From Octopus bimaculoides (lineage: Eukaryota): a stretch of DNA of 44,032 nucleotides. Below the pieces are notes generated by a model, which was given only the letters and a program-made list of their open reading frames with translations, ran no database searches and was not told where the DNA came from. The DNA lies in NCBI RefSeq assembly GCF_001194135.2, contig NC_068995.1:53141303-53185334 (forward strand), given 5' to 3'. Below are positions 34,150 through 44,032 of this stretch, in pieces. The translations under genes were made by a program, and so were the position numbers. Numbering within the stretch: the first letter of the stretch is position 1; every line of letters begins with the position of its first letter.

Positions 34150-34420
34150 CTTTCTGTGATTGGTGAGACTGATGTAAAGGTTCCGCTTGAGACTGCAAGA
34201 AAGACATGTGCAGGGAGAGATTTCCAGAGAACGGAGATTCTGACGCAGAAGATCTGAGTGTAGCGGATAGTTCGATGCTTGAGAAAGCAGACAGAACATT
34301 CGTAATGAGAGAGGGAAGACAGATGCCTGGTTGGTTGTGACACAAAGCCAGATAAAGCCGTGGAGCAAATAGCATTGTTAGAAAATGTAAAGAGATGAGA
34401 CAGCACGTGCGGATGGCGAA
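34150..34420 (-). pseudogene. Fossil 3' end of a CR1/L2-type LINE ORF2
   Basis: In ORF 33975-34406, QIFCVRISVLWKSLPAHVFLAVSSGTF resembles the conserved CR1/L2 C-terminal motif FFS.RV..LWNSLP..V..A.S...FK. Confidence 0.55.
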
Positions 34421-34713
34421 GAACGGGTCGAAGTATTTGTGAGTTTGTGATAATTAGTCGTGAAGCTTCTCACTAGATGCAGAATAGCAGCAGCACATGA
34501 AAAGCTAACTACGCCATTCCATAAACAGAGATCGATAAAATAAGTATCAGACTGATACAACTATTAGGGGTCGATATGATCGATTATAAAAACCATTGAA
34601 AGCTGTGTTTCCAACATTGCTGCACTTAAGTGACTGATATCAGAGAAAGAAATAAAATTGTATTCTGCTCTGTTCTGTAATCTTCAGAACTTTCTGGTAA
34701 ATGCAGTTTTATG

Positions 34714-35480
34714 TACAGATATACCACCGGTTTTCCGGCAGCTGGTGATCTGGTACCTCTTTAATCCAGATAAATTTGGAAGAGGGAACCTGAAATACAC
34801 GTGGCCACCAATCTAGTTCACTGCACGACCACAGATTGTGTTGTGTGTACTGTGTTTACATGTATTAATTACATTGCACTTGTTAATATCGATATCAAAC
34901 TTTTGAGAGATCGGTTGCTTTTTTAGCTCAAAGTTACCCTTAGTCATGGCTTCAAAAACACCTGATGGAGGGTATATCAGCCGAATCGTTGTGTTAACAA
35001 CAAACAAGATGAGGACAAATATCCGTCAAATGTAAATAATATAAATTGTAATTTGGACAGACAGCTGAGCCTGGGTTGATGTTGGTACTATTTCCAAATG
35101 GTTTTCCATCCATCCGAATCGAGCGACTTTCCCGCACCAATAAATCATATTGGTCTTTCACTAGCTGAAATATCTCACCTGTAAACACGACAACTACACA
35201 TGATAATAGTAGTTCGTTAAATGAACTGATTGATCCTGGTCGTTGACAGTTTGTAGTCTGTTCATCCACTCAGCAACGAGTGATATTCGCTGTTGATTCA
35301 AAACGTTTATCTGCTGAAATTGTTCATATCCGCTGCATTCCATGATCTCCATGTACCAGAGCTCAGTTGGTTGGATGCTATTTAACTCATAGCTGGGGCC
35401 CTCAGTTGATCTGGAAACAAAAGTGGCTAAGAGGTGGTTCCACGCACCACAAAACCACGGAACTTCCGAAACTGGCCCCC
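34714..35480 (+). mobile_element. Degenerate pogo/Tigger-like element: left TIR plus transposase N-terminal relics
   Basis: TA+CAGATATACCACCGGTTTTCCGGCA at 34714; ATG at 34946 reads MASK..RIVVLT; DVGTISKW at 35078-35101 resembles a CENP-B-type HTH; many stops and frameshifts. Confidence 0.4.
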
Positions 35481-36180
35481 TCGACCGGATGTAGTTTAAA
35501 GTTGTCCCCAGGATATATGTATGAGAAGTTTGTTATTAGTATGTAATGTAAGTTTTTACTTGAGCTTCATAGAACCCATCAAAGAAAAGGGATCGTTCAT
35601 CCTGAATCAGCATCACTACCAGAAATATAATTACTACTGCACTATTCAATCACGCAATAGACTTTAAAAAGATAATTAAATAATGATAATAAGCGTCTCG
35701 CATATGATAACATATGTAGCAGGTATGTACAGCAACCGTTTAATAAACAACAACCGTTTCCATAGAAGAATAAAATAAAGTAAAATGGAATGAAAAAAAA
35801 GTATTGGTTTGATCTTGTGCCAATGTAAGAAATCATTAAAACGAACTAAAGTTGACAATTCTGCTATTCAAGCGACCACCATTTTGAAAGGCAATATCGC
35901 AATGGTTTTATTTGTGTTGCAGTATTTATCCATCAATTAGTATTCAGCGCTGGTAATTGCTACATATTGGAATTTCTTAATGCCGAATCACGATACTATC
36001 AGAGAGTTTTTATGTCCAAGACAATCCAAACAGCAAACTCTTATTCAGTTTTATTCTATTTTTGTAGCGGGGCGTGGCTTCTTGTTAATCTTTATATATT
36101 TTTATCATTACTCTTGTTGTTTTTCATACTCGTTTTCCATATTTTTACATACTCATACACACAGATCTACAATGCTTGCA

Positions 36181-36230
<50 letters not shown>

Positions 36231-36326
36231 TGTTGTGTACAAACATACCATTTAGTAATTTGCCTTCATAAAATGTTCCCATCCATTGCCTTCGAGGCAA
36301 AGAATACATTACGACTCTGTGTGTAG

Positions 36327-36670
36327 NNNNNNNNNNNNNNNNNNNNNNNNNNNNNNNNNNNNNNNNNNNNNNNNNNNNNNNNNNNNNNNNNNNNNNNNNN
36401 NNNNNNNNNNNNNNNNNNNNNNNNNNNNNNNNNNNNNNNNNNNNNNNNNNNNNNNNNNNNNNNNNNNNNNNNNNNNNNNNNNNNNNNNNNNNNNNNNNNN
36501 NNNNNNNNNNNNNNNNNNNNNNNNNNNNNNNNNNNNNNNNNNNNNNNNNNNNNNNNNNNNNNNNNNNNNNNNNNNNNNNNNNNNNNNNNNNNNNNNNNNN
36601 NNNNNNNNNNNNNNNNNNNNNNNNNNNNNNNNNNNNNNNNNNNNNNNNNNNNNNNNNNNNNNNNNNNNNN
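36327..36670. other. Assembly gap
   Basis: N run. Confidence 0.99.
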
Positions 36671-36714
36671 ATATATATATATATATATGTATTATGTATA
36701 TATATATATATATA

Positions 36715-36876
36715 CAGACAGACCGACAAGCAGATAGATAGATTGATAGATAAGTAGGTAGGTAGATAGATAGACAGACAGATAAATAGATAGATAGAGA
36801 CATAGGTAGGTAAGGAAATAGATAGACAGACAGACAGACAGACAGGTAGCAGACAGTCAGATAGATAGATAGATAT

Positions 36877-36912
<36 letters not shown>
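36715..36912. repeat. (GATA)n/(GACA)n microsatellite
   Basis: Directly visible. Confidence 0.97.
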
Positions 36913-36914
<2 letters not shown>

Positions 36915-37347
36915 GTACACATACACAAGCATACATACATATACACGAGTAAACACAAAATCACATGATGCTTAAATTCAGCAACACAATCATACATCCT
37001 CACACGTTTTTACAAACATATTTATACACGAAGATACACACATAAGTGCACCAAACACACATAAACATATCCACACCCACAACCACAACCACAAGCAAAC
37101 ACACACACACACACACACACATACACACACAAATCAATACAATGAAAACATTAAATGTTTAGGAAATAATTAAAAATAAATGACATCGACCAGAATTCCA
37201 TAGAAGTCAGCTCTCCATTTTTCTTTCCTTTCTTTTTCTAAATAGATAATTAAACGAACACACACACACACACACACACACACATGCACATATACAAACA
37301 TACATACATACATACATACATACATACATACATACATACATACATAA

Positions 37348-37537
37348 TAGTTTCAAATTTGGGCACAGGGCCAGCAGTTTTCGGGGGGATGGGGGAACTG
37401 GTTACAGCGATTCCAGTGTTCATCTGGTGTTTATTCTATCGACCCCGAAAGGACGAAGGGCAAATTCGACCTCGGTAGAATTTGAACTCAGAACGCAAAA
37501 ACGGACGAAACGCCGCTAGGCATTTTGCCCAGCGTGC
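37348..37537 (-). mobile_element. SINE family A copy
   Basis: GACCCCGAAAGGACGAAGGGCAAATTCGACCTCGGTAGAATTTGAACTCAGAACG. Confidence 0.88.
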
Positions 37538-37671
37538 ATATATATATATAATATATATGTATATATATGAATGTGTGTGTATGTCCATGCGTGCGTGCGT
37601 GCGTGTGTGATAGAGGAGGATTATTAAAATTTTAAGTAGATATACAGCACTTTGTTTACTATATATACTAG

Positions 37672-37827
37672 GGAGTGGCTGTGTGGTAAGTAGCTTGCTT
37701 AACGATCACATGGTTCTGGGTTCAGTCCCACAGCTTGGCACCTTGGACGAGCATCTTTTTCTATAGTTTCGGGCCGACCAAAGCCTTGTGAGCAGATTTG
37801 GTAGATGGAAACTAAAAGAAGACCGTC

Positions 37828-37830
<3 letters not shown>
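37672..37830 (+). mobile_element. Full-length SINE family C ending in (TA)n/(TATG)n
   Basis: GGAGTGGCTGTGTGGTAAGTAGCTTGC...GGGTTCAGTCCC...GAAGACCGTCGTATATA. Confidence 0.9.
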
Positions 37831-37886
<56 letters not shown>

Positions 37887-40682
37887 TGTATGTATGTATG
37901 TATGTATGTGCGTGCGTGCGTGTATATGTGTCTTGCAAATGTCATGGATGAGTTAATGATCACTGAAGCCTCGGTGTCGTTCCTATGGATATACCTTTAC
38001 GTAATTTGGCGAACAGTGCATGCACGTTGGATATTTCCGTTACGACATAAACTGGTCCCGTTCGCTGATCTGTCGTCACTTGATCGCAATGGAGATGTGC
38101 CAGGGCCAGGGAAGCAGTTACTTTTTGTATTGACATCTTTATTTGTCAACTAACACAATAGCAAATACGCATCCGGTGTGGTGGTGGTGATGGTGGTGGT
38201 GGTGATGGTGGTGGTGGTGGGGAACTTCGATAAACTGTATTGAAAAAGAAAGAGAAAAAGAAAAGCAAAAAGATTGTTTATAGATGTTAATGGTGTCTTG
38301 TACTGCTCCGTATTCTTCCGATTTCTGTAAAGGAGGAAGTGCTAGCAACCAACCAGGAAAGATGGCTCTCTTTAGTGACAGCAACAACAACGTTGAGTCA
38401 TCTGCAGAATAACAACAACAATTATGATGTCACGCATACGTGCATATGTCCATACATGTGTGTGTGTGTGTGTGTGCGTATATATATATATATATATGTA
38501 TATGTATGTATGTATACGTATATATGAATGTATGCACACGCACACACATAGATATATATATATATATATATATTTCGAAACAGGTCTAGAGTTTGTGTAT
38601 CGTTGCTGCGACACATTGAACAGTATTGTGTCTGATTCGACCCCGCTTCAAACAAATGGAGAATGCGCATCAGTCGTTCTATCAGTTACTTCCGGTGTAC
38701 ATTCGTTGCGTCAAGCTCTGAAGTATGGTTTTGTCTTGTTTATTTCTTTCACACAATACGTCTATAAAGAGATGTTTTCTCTTACGAAAACTACATTTCA
38801 TTGGCTTATCATTGCCACACACACGTTATGTCAATAATAATAATATATATATGTACGTCTGAGTGTGTGTGTGTGTATTCATGTCTGTATATCTGAATAT
38901 GCTCCGTGCATACATGCATGTGGGTGCGTGTGCTTGCGATTTAGAAAGCCATTACAATGCGCGTTCGAAACAAAATTAAAAGATCGGAGTAAGTAAAATA
39001 CAAACGGTGGTTAACACTTTTAATTTATTTGCATTGTTGCAGCTAAAAAAACACTTTCATATAACCATGTAACATAAACTGTACTGAATTTTCTATTCCT
39101 CTGTCATCCTCTCCACATGTTTGTTCACCTCAAAGTCTTGACGAAGAAAGACGTTGTTCAAACGTCTCCTCTTCTTGACGTGACGTCACTTGCCCCTTGT
39201 CACTGGACATGATGTCTCCCTTCACTCTTAAAACTATTTGACTCAAGCTTCGCAGGTATGATAAATAACTTTGGATTTGTTACGTACAAAAACCGTTTCC
39301 AATACAAGCTTAACTCTATTGAGAACATGAAGAGAGAGAAAAAAGAAAGCATTTTCGCAAGTAAAACCAAAAATCTTTACGAAGCCATGTATAAACAACT
39401 TCTAGTTAAGAACGTCACCCAAAACTATGTGTCTCTCATATAAATAGATAATGCAACTGAAACTATTGCTTATGAACTTAGACTAAATAACAATTAGAAC
39501 GTTTAGCTAAACACCGAGTGTAAATCACACTAAAAAATCGTTAGAAGAATTTTTCCTGTAAACCAATAAGTAGATTAATCAACCCTGCGTAAAGTTCAAT
39601 CGGATTAATCAGCAAAAACGTTTTTAAATGTTAACGATAAAATTAGAAACATAACTTAATCCGGGAAACAGAACAATAGAAGTGCCATTATTGTCATTAA
39701 ACGTACTTTTAAATTTACTTCCGTAAAATCGTTATTCAACACTGTTTTAGAAATTGCCTCGCTTCGTAATACTATGGACGTTAGTGATATAGTTATACAT
39801 GCCAGGAAAAATTACTTTTGGACAAAAATTCTTCCTTAATCAAACAATTAAAAAAAAAAAGGACCAATTCTGTAGATGTTAGCGTGAGATCGTTTAAACG
39901 GCAGAGAGACAGGTGATCTCGTTGAGTCTCGTGTCAGAAACACGTTCGTACTTATAAATGAATTTATGTTCACCGATATAGGACTATATGGGGATAACGT
40001 GTTAGTCCTATCACAGTACGCCAATAGCCGCACAGTAGACAAATAAAGGAAAGATTCAACTGGCATCTTTCATACTTCCTGCATGAAAAACAATTATCTC
40101 TAAATTGTGTTTTCTAAATTTCTTAGATATCAATCTCAATCTTAACCCAGACAAATGGACGTGATATAGCAAATCTTACGAAATGCTTAGATATATTAAT
40201 ATAGATTCAAGCCACCCGCCTACCGTTTTAAACATTTAACCGAAAATATTAACAGGAAATTTTTAAAGTTGTCATCAAATATTCTACGCAGTTGTATCTT
40301 GTAATATTGCATACAGCATTATGCTAGTATGCTAGTGAGCATAAATAAATACTCTCTCTCTCGAATAAAAATGTTATCGAGGGTCACGAATCTTCAATCT
40401 TTTCGCGGAAAACACAAGGGATAGATTTCCAGTAGATATAAAATATTTTCAAAACAATTCAGATAACCTGCACAGCACAGTGCATGAGAATCTTTCATCA
40501 CGTTAGGAGATGCGGATGAGGAGAGTCCCCCCCCCCACTACCACCACCACATTGCAGCTGAGGAGTACATTTTCATTGCATATCTTATGTGGTATTCTCA
40601 CTACATAAATAAATGAAGTTTGTACGAAATGTAAGTACTGCTATAACCTAATACATTTTTGTTGCTTTTCTTCAAATATATA

Positions 40683-40728
40683 TGCATATGTATATATATA
40701 TATATATGAGTGTGTGTATGTATCTGCA

Positions 40729-40779
<51 letters not shown>

Positions 40780-40813
40780 NNNNNNNNNNNNNNNNNNNNN
40801 NNNNNNNNNNNNN

Positions 40814-40892
<79 letters not shown>

Positions 40893-41040
40893 ATATGGGT
40901 GAGTATGTATATATTAATATATGCATATATACGTACAAATCTATGTATAAAAAGACATGCATACATATATGCATATGCTTGCGTCGGTGCATGTATGTGT
41001 GTGTGCGTGTGTATGCGTGCGTACGTGTGTGTGTGTGTGT
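40683..41040. repeat. (TA)n/(TG)n microsatellite block including gap N 40780-40813
   Basis: Directly visible. Confidence 0.96.
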
Positions 41041-41289
41041 GTTTCTGTGTGTTCGTTTTACTATTTATCTATTTAACAAGTTCAATTTCCTGAAAAATGT
41101 TGAAGCTGTTTCATACTTCCACACACAATATGCAATTATCGCTCACAAATCACCTGCTTTTCTTTCTATTTTTAGGGAATCCCAACATTTGAAAAATGCT
41201 TTGGGGCATTTTGATCACGTGGCGAGTGTCTTCTGCTTATGAAAACTATGTCAATGGAGTGATCCCTACACATGCTATTGTAAGAAACT

Positions 41290-41430
41290 TCCCAATTTGG
41301 TATCTCTTTAAGCAGAGTGAGTTGTAATGCACCTTTAGCAAGTGAACTCAATGGCAGCCATTGGAGAACAACTTACGTGGTCATTTAACCTGATAGAAAC
41401 AGCAGCTAAATCACCCTGATGTTACTCTTA
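41290..41430 (+). mobile_element. Repeat family E copy
   Basis: TGGTCATTTAACCTGATAGAAACAGCAGCTAAATC. Confidence 0.5.
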
Positions 41431-41488
41431 ATAAAATGAACGTGTTAGTATGCATGTTTGTTTGCACACGCGCGCGCGCACATGTATA

Positions 41489-41556
41489 TACGTGGTCTGA
41501 TCAATAAGTATCCGGACTGTTGCCATAGTAACGAAGCTAAAGTATGCACAGTGAAG
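41489..41556 (+). mobile_element. Mariner-type left terminus fragment (TA + TIR)
   Basis: TA-CGTGGTCTGATCAATAAGTATCCGGACTGTTGCC resembles a mariner TIR recalled from octopus; the sequence is interrupted by a microsatellite. Confidence 0.55.
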
Positions 41557-41564
41557 CATATAAG

Positions 41565-41806
41565 CATACATACATACATGCATACATACATACTTGGTAT
41601 GCATGTATGGTACGTATGTATGCATGCATGCATGCATGTATGTATGTATGTATGTATGTATGTATGTATGCATGTATGTATGCATGTATGTGTATGTGGG
41701 TGTGTATATTATATATATGTACGCATGTATGTATGTGTTTGCGTGTATGTATGTATGTGTGTGTATTATATATGTGTGTGTGTGTGTGTTTATATATATA
41801 TACATA

Positions 41807-41870
<64 letters not shown>

Positions 41871-41880
41871 TGTGTCTTTG
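41565..41880. repeat. (CATA)n/(TATG)n/(TG)n microsatellite block
   Basis: Directly visible. Confidence 0.97.
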
Positions 41881-42464
41881 TGTGCGCGTTTGTCCCCCCC
41901 ACACACACACCATCGCTTGACAACAGATGTTGGCATTACTTTTTGACTCACCTTCGTATGTATGTGTATGTGTGTATATTTATATATATATTATAATTAT
42001 TATTATTGCTGTTGTTGTTGTTGTTGCACAGAATATTAGATAGGCAGGCAGACAGGCAGGCAGGCAGGCAAGCAGCCGACATCTTCATCCGTTTTGAAAA
42101 TACATTGAAGATACGCAAACTCTTATTGACTGGTATCAGTTATAATGTTAGCAATGGTTCACACATTCAAGATATTTATCATTATTTGACCTTATTAAAA
42201 GACCTGCAGTCCAAACTGATATGTAGTCACGAACTAGCTCGGTGTCTGTCTGTTCGTCGTATTTCCTTTCATTAACCTTTACTCATTAACCTTGATATAT
42301 TTAAATTGAATATAAAATCAAGTCCACCGCAAATATTCTCAGGACTTAAAGCAATTTTTGTTTCATCGTTATTTTCTTTCGATTCGATATCTCATTTCCA
42401 TTTAACGATATATTTCATTCCATATATAGAAAGAGAGAGAACTAGAGGGAAAGAGAAAAGAGAG

Positions 42465-42521
42465 AGAGATAGATAGACAGACATATAGACAGACAGACAG
42501 ACAGACAGATAGATAGGCAAT

Positions 42522-42577
<56 letters not shown>

Positions 42578-42582
42578 CAGAC

Positions 42583-42640
<58 letters not shown>
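42465..42640. repeat. (AGAT)n/(AGAC)n microsatellite
   Basis: Directly visible. Confidence 0.98.
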
Positions 42641-43908
42641 ATGCATAAATGCATTGGTTATGTCTATACATATTCATACACTCATGGACACATATGCACA
42701 TGCACTTGTGTATACATACAGTCATGTACATATGTGTGCACGTGCATACATATGCATACACACATACGTACGCATATGAACATTGATATACATAAATAGA
42801 CATACATATATGCATACATACATAAGGTAATGTACTTTGGCAGAAATGTATATTATTCATACAGTCTTTAACATATGGATATGTAACGAAAATATTTCAC
42901 GTTCTGTCCAGGAAAACACATTCGCGCACACATTCGCGCGCGCGCACACACACACACACATACATATATATGTTTGTGTGTATGTGTGTACGCTTGTGTG
43001 TGTGTATGTGTGTACGTTTTAAATATAATTCTTTGACCTAGTTTAACGCTAGATGCAGTCACTGAAACCACAGCAATGTTCAGGTTCTATTGTGAGTCTT
43101 AAAAGTTGTTTAAGAATGCTACAGAATCTCTGATGATTTTCTAATGTTATCTGCTTATAAGGTTTTCCTAATATAACAAACATTTCTATTATTGTTCACG
43201 AAATAAGTGTAAGATGCCGGAACTAAATTATTTTCGAATAAATTCTATTTTGATAGACTAACACAAATATACACCGCTCTCCCCACCTCTCTCTCTCTTT
43301 CTCTCTATCTCTCTATCTCTCTCTCTCTCTCTCTTTCTCTCTATCTCTCTCTCTCTTACTGTATTGTACCATTAAAAAGTGGCGAAAGAAAATATAGCGA
43401 AAGTGCAGGTTTGCAGTTTGCAGTTTGCAAATTTCGGAAAATTGCAAAGATTTGTATTGTTGTTGTTTTGTAGTTTCGTTTATATCTGTTGCCATCTTCG
43501 GCGCTCACGTCGATGTCGTTGATAATGTTGTTGCTATCATTATTATTGTTGTTGTAATATATATTTTGCATAAAGGCAAACTGTTCTATTAATATTACTG
43601 TGAATAGAATGTTAATTGCAAAAATAATGTTGAGAGTAAAAAAATTCTATAAATATAAACACTAAACCCTTTTAGAATGTTTCCCGATTACGCATATGTG
43701 TTTTTGTGTATGTACATTATATGCGTGTGTGTGTGTGTGTGTACTATGAATAGCTATATGTATGTAAATATATGTATATGCATGTATAAATACATGCACA
43801 CACACACACACACAAGCACATACACACACACATATATATTGCTATGTCCTTTTAACTCTCTCTCTTTCATTCTCTCTTTCTCTCTATTTAACAATTTATA
43901 TACATATG

Positions 43909-43944
<36 letters not shown>

Positions 43945-44032
43945 TAAACACACACACACAAAAGCACATACACACATATATATGTGCGTGAGTGTATGCA
44001 TGTATGTATATATTATATATATATATATATAT

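Noticed and set aside
39978-40010. 9-bp inverted repeat ATAGGACTA/TAGTCCTAT
   Set aside because: Short AT-rich stem expected by chance in 44 kb.

Overview
This is AT-rich, repeat-saturated eukaryotic intronic or intergenic DNA with eight N gaps (about 3.1 kb in total). The repeat families and microsatellite load point to a coleoid cephalopod, probably Octopus; this is inferred from recalled repeat sequences, not from a search. No host protein-coding gene, tRNA, rRNA or CRISPR array is recognisable, and almost all ORF-track entries are translated microsatellites or N runs. The window holds more than 30 copies or fragments of several tRNA-derived SINE families (working labels A-D, plus an unclassified repeat E). 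It also contains fossils of an RLE-type non-LTR retrotransposon, a CR1/L2-type LINE and Tc1/mariner-superfamily elements (pogo/Tigger, Tc2-like MITE, mariner end), plus dozens of microsatellites. The observations most worth following up are: (1) a ~335-nt unique fold-back at 24.2-24.5 kb whose helices carry G-U wobbles that pair only on the + strand, suggesting a structured RNA; (2) a single RLE retrotransposon apparently split by a ~5.5 kb block; (3) a perfect 42-bp palindrome inside a micro inverted triplication; (4) a closely spaced inverted SINE pair that could be an ADAR substrate.
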